From Trichomonas gallinae (lineage: Eukaryota), in the NCBI GenBank assembly GCA_008369845.1, contig MRSU01011059.1:1-49547 (forward strand): 49,547 bases of DNA, given 5' to 3'. The notes beneath the pieces were generated by a model that was not told the origin of the DNA, did no database searches, and saw only the letters and a program-made list of their open reading frames with translations. A program made the translations under genes and the position numbers. Shown in pieces: positions 41,501 through 49,547 of this stretch. The number at the start of each line of letters is the position of its first letter. Position 1 is the stretch's first letter.

Positions 41501-43212
41501 CCCTTCGTTAAATAATTTGGAAAAGTGCGGACCATTGATCTGAAAGAATAATCGACTGACAAATTGCGACCCATTTCTATAACTTGCCCTCTTCTTTTGA
41601 TCCTGATTGCTGAGATAAAATCAGTCTCGCATTCAACTAAATATCTTGTAAATTCTTCGCATAATTTTGGATTATTTGGAGAATTTTCAAGAGCTTCTTT
41701 CCATATCATGTGAGTAATGTGTGCTTTATGACTTAAACTCTCGAAATAATTTGGAGTTAATTTCGCAGAATCTACAGCTTGTCTTGTCATCATTTCACAC
41801 TGTTTGCTCATTGTTTTTAATTCGATTAATTTGAGTTTCGATGAACTAGTAACTGTGAAGTTTCTCAATGTTTTTATTGTGTCTATTTGATAGATCAAAA
41901 ATCTCGTGGAAAAGGAAATTTTTCTTGTTGTAAGGATTTGTCTTCTTAGTCGATTAATCAAGTGATTTTCTTTTGGAAAGAAATGAACAAAATGTAAACA
42001 AGTGCTCAATGCATCTTCTGTTGTATAAGTATCAGCGATGAATTTGACAAGAGTCCAATTGTAAAAACTAGGACAGTTCTTCTGAAATGCAATTCTTAGA
42101 TAAAGCAGTGCCTTTGTTTTGTTCTTTTCTAATCCAAGTCCTCTGTAGTACTCATAGGCTTCTTCATCGTTTTTTATATCAACATTAAGAACTGAAACAA
42201 TTTTCTTGATCTTCCAGATGAAATAGATTAGTATTGGTGGAGCTCCAATTAAAAATGTTCCATAGACTAAGCCAATGAAGAACCAATGGTTGATGTTTCT
42301 GTAGAATTCTGAGATGATCATCAAGAAGTCTCCAAAAATATTTCCGAAGCACCAAGCTACAGATAATGCCGTTGAAATCACTTCAACAAAAGGAATTCTC
42401 CAAAAAATATATACAGCTAAATAAATGTAAAGAGCAGCATGGATGAAAATTGCAAACAGTCTTGCCCATGATTCAAACAAAGCAAGAATGAAATAAAGTA
42501 TTATAATGAGGATCAAACTTGGGATGCAAATTATCATGACTGATGGATCAAAAGTCAACAATAACGATTTGCTGATGCTGATGGATTTTGAAGCGAAGCT
42601 TTGCATGATAATAAATGAAAATATTTCGTATGATAATGAAACTACACCTAATATCATTGAAATTATGAATTGAGGTTTGACTGTTCCGAATGCAACATTT
42701 AAAAATGATTCACCAAATGCAACAACTGTAGGAACAAGGATGATCAGCAATATTGTATCACAATAGAAACGGATTGGGAAGTTAACAACCTTCAGAAAGC
42801 TTCTCTGTACTTTGTAATATGCGAGCTGGAATCGAATAAGTATAAATGATATCAAGTTCAATGCAAAGACGATAACTGAGTTAATCATGATAACATTTGA
42901 ATCAACATCTTTCGGTACACCAAAAAGTGCGTATTGTAAATACTCAATCAAGTGATTTTCATCATGTTCGATCCAGTAAGCATTCCAAGGCCAAAGAGAA
43001 ACTGCAATAACTTGGCAAAAGAAGAATACAAGGAAGGGGAAAACTATTTCATGTGGAAGATCGATTTGTTGAAAGATTACTGTAAATAATGGAAATAATT
43101 CATCGATAATTTGCGCTCCTTTCAGCAGTTCAAGACCAGTTTGCGCTGATTCAGCTGACACTGAAGCTGATAGTTGCGTCGGTGGTGAGTTATTTTGGTT
43201 GTTTGCATTCAT
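38518..43212 (-). CDS. Multi-pass transmembrane adenylyl cyclase with PAS domain
   Basis: TM blocks, PAS (VNKSVQMLLGYTPEQILGQHV), intact catalytic set FIDIVKFS, KIKLIGD, FDIIGD, NVAARLQS; the Lys/Asp pair indicates ATP specificity. Confidence 0.95.
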   Translation of the reverse strand: MNANNQNNSPPTQLSASVSAESAQTGLELLKGAQIIDELFPLFTVIFQQIDLPHEIVFPFLVFFFCQVIAVSLWPWNAYWIEHDENHLIEYLQYALFGVPKDVDSNVIMINSVIVFALNLISFILIRFQLAYYKVQRSFLKVVNFPIRFYCDTILLIILVPTVVAFGESFLNVAFGTVKPQFIISMILGVVSLSYEIFSFIIMQSFASKSISISKSLLLTFDPSVMIICIPSLILIIILYFILALFESWARLFAIFIHAALYIYLAVYIFWRIPFVEVISTALSVAWCFGNIFGDFLMIISEFYRNINHWFFIGLVYGTFLIGAPPILIYFIWKIKKIVSVLNVDIKNDEEAYEYYRGLGLEKNKTKALLYLRIAFQKNCPSFYNWTLVKFIADTYTTEDALSTCLHFVHFFPKENHLINRLRRQILTTRKISFSTRFLIYQIDTIKTLRNFTVTSSSKLKLIELKTMSKQCEMMTRQAVDSAKLTPNYFESLSHKAHITHMIWKEALENSPNNPKLCEEFTRYLVECETDFISAIRIKRRGQVIEMGRNLSVDYSFRSMVRTFPNYLTKGIVDFNGAIATYKKQQNKTSGSVSSNNNASQSSNEACGIDDELDNDVEEYIGKQTLTDSKTRLALQRALETKIPKSINLIVPTAIAILIFVLMIFASGFSFSIWVLSGQTSSMTRLDCISQTRFYIALSDVDLILRYCEEHDELQKYIDEMRSLMRSTDPVYINVLDNMLREMILFTNNASTKFQELIENIADLALEGEDVRSWASSLLEPTKSIVVCGLPSGPSKLYQGSMSSIISMTLSHQREFAGMDSVYNLMKMPNYCEIFLNFKTLYREATKLFADVCNYQQNKSQKLLKIFHFLSIIIPVLTFCAVVIPVIVIHIMTIYSIKQVIKIINSLDAKSKNDAKQLITIQATDDDSKAPEVHDTSRTSAILITIICFLSFSFFAVSFTLCVLVVKSNKDIIKLNNWNEYACLRLSLSAESLIFLIFSVAMHDIPESRVYGTIDDLVNASLEITKQLVQADLNLTVGTEESPACSGFDEILDKYNIIDGPTKPKIGDPHDFYAVTSIHQQIDIYSHYVHALAQEVKHDNKTVSKFIMANSIHVVNAHLWMRMMNVTKRLITLAEIEYTDLCQSIIIMAVIVVVLMISFAAVVTFYYNNRINTYNASLSVLRRFHPMALINNKLFARHFLKSKDMDIDDKLSVEGSIIHNANDATFCTSCYGVVETVNKSVQMLLGYTPEQILGQHVSSFFSAQDEEKIQSKIDMMKAGQSSTYIEDDFTAITDLAKAVPCHVTIIGMKSNSEINSFVVILRDQTELVKQMAQAEEAKTKSEKLLYQILPRDIVVQLNRGEKDITFTVNSATIMFIDIVKFSEYTANLSPQEIMSNLSLYFAGIDKIAAKYPMVTKIKLIGDIYMAAAGLFNPDSPPEQHAEQTIQLALDALTELDTINVTLEASLAIRIGVNSGGPIIAGVLGTDKPAFDIIGDPINVAARLQSTDEPNHVHISQATYDLIKSMNFDVQKRGETFLKGKGKQMTYFVNPTPSFFSATNSFVRH

Positions 43213-43225
43213 TTTACGAAGTAAG

Positions 43226-43232
43226 AAAATGA
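43226..43232 (-). promoter_or_regulatory. Initiator (Inr) element of the adenylyl cyclase gene
   Basis: TCATTTT 14-20 nt upstream of the ATG, matching the trichomonad TCAYW Inr consensus and its usual position. Confidence 0.6.
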
Positions 43233-44360
43233 TTGAATTTACTAATTTTCAAAATATTGAATTTTGATTCTGCAACATTATTTGATAGTGATTTTCTGGT
43301 TCTGTCGAATAGTGCAAAAGAATTACTCCGTAACTAAAAATTTGTCATTTGAATACTATAGAAATAGATCAGTAAAAAATTTATGACAATTGAAAAATGT
43401 TACAGTTGTTTTAGAACCAAATTGATTTTGAACTAATTGCATATATCTGAGTCGCTTGTGATTCGATGATAGAAATAATCAATCACAAAATTCGATAATT
43501 ATCGTTACTTCGAAGATTTAATTCTGAGGAGATATAATTTATACAAAATCAGTTTGTAATATCAACACATATAACTCAAATAGATGTGTCGAATTCTAGA
43601 TTGAAAAAATCTAATTGAAAATACCTCCGATACAATTGAAAAGATTGAAACTTTATTTTCGAAGTGATTTGAAATAATATGTCTTTGATAAATCAGATAA
43701 TCATCATTAATTTGGCTATTCCTACATATAATTTATCTATAATTTATAGATTTCAATTGAAAATAAAAAATTAGCCATCTTATTGATTTTAGACCCTAAT
43801 TTTTTAGCAAAAATATATATAATCAAGAAATAATATGATATCTGAATTTTTGTCATCATACACGATTTTCTATTTTATCGATTATCAAACATTGTGCAAA
43901 TTTCTAAATTCATGCTTTTTATATGCCTTGTATGATGTATATAGACATTATAGTTCTACACGTTAATGGAATTAAATTTTCGATTTGGAATTGAAGATTT
44001 TATATCATATCAATAGCATTTATATAAAAGATTTGTCTTCAATTACTGTGTATAGCGCATTTTGTATCTCGCTTGCTCAATCGAATGATAAATTTAGAAT
44101 AATCCTTTTGCTTAAATGAAAAAACAGAGTTCACATTAAATTTAATGAGAAAGTTACCATTTTTAGCTCAAATTTGCTATTTTGTTAGACAAAAACTGTT
44201 TTTGGTTTTGGAATTGAATATCATGAACAAAAAAATGAGCATATACCATTTAGATATAATTCAGTTGAGTAGTTATTAAGATCTAGTCTGATAGCATTGA
44301 TACACTTCATCTTATTCACTGAGCAAAGTCGATTTTTTGCATTAGATCAATATATGACAC

Positions 44361-44477
44361 TTTACATGTCATAAACGATCATTTGCAATTTACATGACAG
44401 AAAATGTTATTATGACATTAATTTTGTTTACATGGCAAAATAATATTGTCGAATTGTAAATTTATTTTTACATGGCA
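44361..44477. promoter_or_regulatory. Four exact TTTACATGNCA motifs upstream of the Kelch gene
   Basis: Copies at 44361, 44389, 44427 and 44467, all in the same orientation, with unrelated spacers. Confidence 0.6.
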
Positions 44478-44592
44478 GATCATTGTTTTACTTTAATAAC
44501 TGCGATTCATTAAAATATACTTAATAAAATTAACAAGCAGTTCATGTAATCTCCAGTTCCATCATTATTTTGGACTTTGCATAAAAATAAAT

Positions 44593-44605
44593 TCATAAAA
44601 GTGAC
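44593..44605 (+). promoter_or_regulatory. Inr (TCATA) immediately followed by AAAGTGAC core-promoter motif
   Basis: TCATAAAAGTGAC ends 12 nt before ATG 44618; from memory, AAAGTGAC is a described Inr-associated T. vaginalis motif. Confidence 0.55.
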
Positions 44606-44617
44606 AAATTAATAAGA

Positions 44618-46438
44618 ATGACTCTCGGAAAAGTTCATATTACTAAAGGCATCCAAGAGCTATTCCCTAATAAGAAAGACTTAAAACCAACCCTTTTGTA
44701 TTATGACAACACATTTTACGCTGTAATCGAAAACAAACTATTTTATCTCGATTCGTATTTACTTCTTTGGTCAGAATTGCAAGTCAACTTGAATTTTTAC
44801 GAAGGTCAGTCCATTACAGTAACATCTAAAGGCATAGTGCTTTTCGGCGGAAAAGTAAATGGAAAATTCACAAATCAAATGTATTTGTTTTCAAATCCGA
44901 CAGTAATTCCAATTATTAATGAGATGACACCTCGAGCTTACCATTCTTGCTGCTGGTTAGAACATTTGGAGAGTATTTGTATTTGCTGCGGCAAATCCGA
45001 TGAACCTGTCAACGAAATATACATATTTAACATGAATACATGGGAGATTAACTCCGTTGTTCCTCTCAATCCTCTATTTTCTGTAAATTCTCAAGTCTCA
45101 TATATTAGAAACGACTTAATTGGCATCATTGGCAACTTTAACTCAGAAGATTTCCAAGATACGACACTCGTTGCTCTTAATTTAAAGGATGGAAGAATGC
45201 AAGCAATCGAATCTTCAAGTGTTGAAAGCAATTTCAACGCGATAAGATCTTTTGTCCGTGATAATCGTTTCTTTGCTGTCATGCCCGACAAAATCTGGGT
45301 ATATGATTTCGAACATAATCAATGGATTCTCTTCGAGATTCAAAATATTTACAAAGATGGCACTTATTTCTTCGAAATGGACTCAGAGACATTTGCCATA
45401 TTCAGCCGTGATCTAAGCCAGTATATTACAGTCACATTTAAGACAATGGTTAAATTTGTTGAAGATTTGGTAGATTACAACATCGAAACTAAGCTATTTG
45501 ATATCAACTCAGTGAAAATCTCTAACAGGGTCGATGTTCTATTCAAGTCAGTCTACACAAACGCAAATCGCGTCGTTTCATCAATGAGAACAAAGGGCTA
45601 CAGAATTCCTTACGCTGACAGAATTCTCAGGCTTCTCGAAGAGCACAGACTTCTTCAAATGGCTGCCTTCCGTCTCGATGATGCCCGCACGCGCCTCGGT
45701 ATGCTTCCTCCGGACGAAAAGAACGAAGAAATCCCAGTGGCAGACGTCGAAAAGAGAATGAGAGACATCGACCAGAAACTCAAAAAATACAGGGCCGACA
45801 AAAGCACTGCGAAGAAATCTGGCGAAATGGAGATAAACGGCGCGAAGCAGAACATCGCCAAGATAGACAGGCAGATACCAGGTCCTATACTTCCAGGCCA
45901 GAACCCTCTCGATGTCGCCGAAGCCCTCGCCGACGCTATTAAGAAGCAAAGAGTCGAGTACGAGAAGCTGAGAATTAAGAGCTCCAAAGAGAAAAAGCAT
46001 CACATCGCATCAGACAGTTTCTTCTACGGCATGTACGAATTGGATGCCCTCGAACAGAAAGTCGCGTTAACTGATAAGAAACTGAACTCTGTTCAAAAGA
46101 TTTTCACTGAAGAATCAGCAGCAGCCGCGAAGAAGTGGTCCGACACAATTGACGGCGCTAATGAAAGGAACGGAAGCAGGCAGTTCGCGTCAGCATCTGC
46201 CATTGAAAGATGGATCACGACTGAGTCAGAGCACTGCGATCTACTCTTGGAAAACTTAAGACGCGCTGCCAGCTTCTTGAAGTCTTTCCCAGATTCACCG
46301 AAAGCCTTGGCTGAAGTCAAGGAGGCATCTGAGAGGGTCAGAGGATGGATATCTCGCTTGAGTAGCTCTGCACCAAATGATACAAACTTAATCGAAGAAA
46401 TCTATATGAATATTTCGTGGGCATCTGCTGTTTTCTAG
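44618..46438 (+). CDS. Kelch-like beta-propeller + C-terminal coiled-coil protein
   Basis: IVLFGGK, PRAYHSCC, IYIFNMNTWE and IWVYDFEHNQW Kelch-type motifs; charged helical C-terminal half. Confidence 0.7.
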   Translation: MTLGKVHITKGIQELFPNKKDLKPTLLYYDNTFYAVIENKLFYLDSYLLLWSELQVNLNFYEGQSITVTSKGIVLFGGKVNGKFTNQMYLFSNPTVIPIINEMTPRAYHSCCWLEHLESICICCGKSDEPVNEIYIFNMNTWEINSVVPLNPLFSVNSQVSYIRNDLIGIIGNFNSEDFQDTTLVALNLKDGRMQAIESSSVESNFNAIRSFVRDNRFFAVMPDKIWVYDFEHNQWILFEIQNIYKDGTYFFEMDSETFAIFSRDLSQYITVTFKTMVKFVEDLVDYNIETKLFDINSVKISNRVDVLFKSVYTNANRVVSSMRTKGYRIPYADRILRLLEEHRLLQMAAFRLDDARTRLGMLPPDEKNEEIPVADVEKRMRDIDQKLKKYRADKSTAKKSGEMEINGAKQNIAKIDRQIPGPILPGQNPLDVAEALADAIKKQRVEYEKLRIKSSKEKKHHIASDSFFYGMYELDALEQKVALTDKKLNSVQKIFTEESAAAAKKWSDTIDGANERNGSRQFASASAIERWITTESEHCDLLLENLRRAASFLKSFPDSPKALAEVKEASERVRGWISRLSSSAPNDTNLIEEIYMNISWASAVF

Positions 46439-46751
46439 AAATTATATGTTATAAAACATTCTTGTCATTTATTAATTGAGTTTTTTATAACTCACCACAA
46501 AATATTTAAATTTTTTTTTATTAATACTATCCTTGCTAATGTAGTAAATTATGATTAACCAGAAAACGAAATTATTTTCATTTAATACGCTTGGTAATAA
46601 CATTTAAAATACGAAAATATAATAAAATATGAATACCATTAAATTTTAAGTCTTAGAAAACTCTTATCAATATAATAATGGTAAAAAGACATAATATAAT
46701 TGACATTTGTTATTTTACATTGTCAATGAGGGGAGACCCTAATTATATATA

Positions 46752-47516
46752 ATGGCGAAATACGAATTTGATCTTTTTAATACAACACCACATATAAAAC
46801 TAGCAAAAATTACTACAACAGATCTAAAACCCAGTGGAAAACGAGTGTTAGTAATTGGAAACACAGAAATAGGCTACCAAATGGATATTGAAGAAGCAAT
46901 TTCGTTATTTTGTTCAAAAATTCGAGAATTAGTTACGCAACTATCATGCACTGACGTATTAATACTTGGAAATATCTTCAGAATTAAAATCAAGAATCCT
47001 CAAAATGTGCTTCAACAATTTTTCTCAGATTTATCACAGATAGAGTGTAAATTTCACATTCTTCCTAGCCCGTACTTACAAAAAACTATAAAATCCTCGA
47101 ATTTTCCTTCCATTGAAATTATACAAACATTAACAACGTGTTTAGCACTAAATCTTAGTTCAGACTCTTGTAATATATACTTTACGCATAACATAGGTAA
47201 TGATATATTAGTATCAGAAGATGCTGGATGTAATTTTATGATGTTTTTGAAACAATGTTATCAGCAAACAATAAAATCCGATGATTATTTAGTTTCCTCT
47301 AATGTTCAGCCTGCATTTTGCGATCTTTATCAAAAAGTAGCAAGTCCTGGCTCATTCAACGCCGAAAATAATTTTTCGCAATATTTATTTTTTGATTTTA
47401 GCGACGGGCTATCTTTAGAAGTTGTATCCACTGTTGAAAAAGGAGTTCATGAAGAACCAGCTAATAGATCCAATAAGAGTCAGCCCAGACAAAGTGATTG
47501 CTGTAGAATATTGTAA
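46752..47516 (+). CDS. Degenerate calcineurin-like phosphoesterase-fold protein with C-terminal CaaX (CCRIL)
   Basis: Motif spacing RVLVIGNTEIG / VLILGNIF / FHILPSP / IYFTHNIG mirrors DxH / GD / GNH / H of metallophosphoesterases but with the ligands lost; ends CCRIL. Confidence 0.55.
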   Translation: MAKYEFDLFNTTPHIKLAKITTTDLKPSGKRVLVIGNTEIGYQMDIEEAISLFCSKIRELVTQLSCTDVLILGNIFRIKIKNPQNVLQQFFSDLSQIECKFHILPSPYLQKTIKSSNFPSIEIIQTLTTCLALNLSSDSCNIYFTHNIGNDILVSEDAGCNFMMFLKQCYQQTIKSDDYLVSSNVQPAFCDLYQKVASPGSFNAENNFSQYLFFDFSDGLSLEVVSTVEKGVHEEPANRSNKSQPRQSDCCRIL

Positions 47517-48681
47517 TTTTATTTTTTGTAATTATGTACTATATTCTTTGTGATATTGTTATACGCATTATGTATAAATGTTAAATATGTTGATTATCGA
47601 TCCACTGACTATTTTGTTTTACAAATATTTTGATTTTATCATTAATCGATTATGTTAGCGTATCTAACAAATCTACTTTCAGGTACTTGTAGCGTACAAA
47701 ACAGTGAGACGATAAAATAATAAGAAGGATTGATGATTAAATTGTTGATATAATATCGAACTGTACTGCTTATTTAAATCGCATTAAAACAACCTTGGAA
47801 GTATATTTTTAGCGTAGGAATGGCGATTTGAATACTCGTTATGATTATCTATTTGCATGAATGAGCGCAAAAACATTGTATTTTACTTATGTAACAGATA
47901 TATTCCAGCATTATTTGGGAATGATTACCCAAAACGTGCTCGTGTTCAATTTGATTTTTCAAACATTTTCAAAAATCGTCCCTTTAAATGAAAATATCGA
48001 ATCAGATTTGTTTTGTAGGTATTTATTATCCAATATTATAAAATAAAGGTTTACAGATTCAGTTCCATAGTTGTTGGTAATATTGCATTGTAAAAAGAGA
48101 GATAAAATGAATAGTGTATAATTATGCCGTTTTCTATCTTCTAGAACATGATTCAAAAATTGAAAAATTAAAAATAAAATTATTTTATAGCTTGCATTAA
48201 ATCTTAATATTAAAAGAAAATTAAAAATCAAAAATTTTGAATTAAATTCGGATATACACGTAATTAAAATTGAATATTACATATACTTACTTCGAGTCTA
48301 TAAAAATGAATGATTAATTTTGAATTTAAATCAAAAAATAACATCTCAAAAATCTACAAAACCGTTAAAATGTAAAACGACGGGTTTAAAATTTTAATGA
48401 AATTGTGGATATTTTAATGAATAAAATCAATATTATCGATCGAAATTTATTAAATTTTGTTTACTGCATTCAAAAATTGAAAAATCGGAATTTTACGATT
48501 TATTGACTTTTGAAAAATGTTCATTTTGGTCATCAGCAAATTCAAATCAATATAAATATTCAAAATGAATTCTGAGAGTTTTTTTGAGAACATTTTTTTG
48601 GTTTCCTTTTTTTTTTTTATGAGAAAGATGAGGTCCCATTTCCTTAAACTAGATGAATCTATTATTGTACCACAATATAAA

Positions 48682-49308
48682 ATGAATATACTTAACCAGA
48701 TAACAGGTAATACTGCTTTTATCTTGAATGAAAATAATTCTGAGAATAACATAGATTACTTGAGCCCATCAAGTAGCGATGCTTCTTTAATACATAATTC
48801 ATCTAGTAGTTCTTTATTCAACGAAAAATTCTTAGAAATGTCTAAAAATCCAAACGAAATATTCATTCAACCGAGAAATATTGGGATGATTCCAACTCTT
48901 GAATGGACACCTAGACCAATATCACTCAAACAAATTCACTCTTCCTACTTTTCGAAAAGAAATGGCGTTTCAAGACAGTTTGATATCAAGTTATACAATG
49001 CGCTTTGCATTACAAAGTCTGAAGAAAGCACAGAAAATTATATTGGTGTGACTTGGGTCGATTCCGAACATTTTAAAGTTAATGAAAAGATTTTTTCACA
49101 CTTTATTGGAACAATAAGCGATCGATCGAATCTTTTCGATAACCAAGGCCTTTTAGAAACGTATGGATTTGAACAAGTATATAAAGAAGTGAACCCTAGA
49201 TTTTTTAGAAATTGTCACTGCGATGACGTTGATGATCTGAATATTCGCCTTTTTAGAGATCCACAGCATCGTTTTTCGAGAGATAAAACATATGCTCGCG
49301 TTGTATAA
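48682..49308 (+). CDS. Initiator-binding-domain (IBD, IBP39-like winged helix) protein
   Basis: RQFDIKLYNALCIT..YIGVTWVDSEHFKVNEKIFSHFIG..YGFEQV..FSRD matches the IBD pattern (RFP.KL...L..IGL.W.....FK); likely start AAAATG at 48682. Confidence 0.8.
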   Translation: MNILNQITGNTAFILNENNSENNIDYLSPSSSDASLIHNSSSSSLFNEKFLEMSKNPNEIFIQPRNIGMIPTLEWTPRPISLKQIHSSYFSKRNGVSRQFDIKLYNALCITKSEESTENYIGVTWVDSEHFKVNEKIFSHFIGTISDRSNLFDNQGLLETYGFEQVYKEVNPRFFRNCHCDDVDDLNIRLFRDPQHRFSRDKTYARVV

Positions 49309-49448
49309 TTTTTAATTTTGTTTGTATTCTAATAAATATGTTTTGTATAGTGATTTGCTAGTATATATTTAATTAAATAGTCAAAGATGCTTCTACTGAT
49401 TAAATCACTTATAGAATACTTCTATCATAAATGAAAAAAATTCGATAA

Positions 49449-49547
49449 ATGATAAACTGGTTGACCGAAGGTTACTTTAAACGGGTAGTTGTCCACTGTA
49501 GGCAAGCTACTGATCCAACAGGAGTCATTAAAGCTTTCGCTCAGACT
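49449..49547 (+). CDS. 5' end of a gene running off the right edge
   Basis: ATG 49449 opens MINWLTEGYFKRVVVHCRQATDPTGVIKAFAQT with no stop; Inr-like TCACTT at 49404 upstream; GC rises at the ATG. Confidence 0.6.
   Translation, partial: MINWLTEGYFKRVVVHCRQATDPTGVIKAFAQT

Noticed and set aside
45581..46003. 140-aa and 110-aa minus-strand ORFs
   Set aside because: Antisense to the GC-rich half of the Kelch gene
1..49547. Spliceosomal introns and Maverick/mariner/Mutator transposons
   Set aside because: No ACTAACACACAG-type branch/acceptor motif and no transposase, integrase or polymerase ORF noticed by eye; short degenerate copies could have been missed

Overview
AT-rich, apparently intronless eukaryotic DNA. 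The gene families, codon style and core-promoter motifs (Inr TCAYW, CCTTT) point to a trichomonad parabasalid, most like Trichomonas vaginalis; this is inferred from sequence only. The window holds 15 intact protein genes: a TTLL4-like glutamylase, a PDI-like protein, prefoldin alpha, a kintoun-like CS protein, a UAS-UBX protein, a C2-TerD protein, THADA/Trm732, a TRRAP/Tra1-like PIKK, a DEDDy exonuclease, a Ser/Thr kinase, two transmembrane class III cyclases, a GP63-like surface protein, a Kelch/coiled-coil protein and a CaaX-tailed phosphoesterase-fold protein. It also holds an IBD-family transcription factor, two genes cut by the window edges, one tRNA-Leu(CAA), several decayed gene fragments (the clearest is guanylate kinase) and a ~112-bp tandem repeat. 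No transposon was recognised. Three observations stand out. (1) An 11-bp motif, TTTACATGNCA, recurs in clusters upstream of four unrelated genes. (2) An intact adenylyl cyclase, a cyclase paralog lacking all six catalytic residues and a GP63-like protein lacking its zinc ligands lie next to each other. (3) A kintoun/DNAAF2-like gene lacks its N-terminal PIH1 domain. Several starts in the supplied ORF track are non-ATG or over-extended and were moved to the likely ATG.
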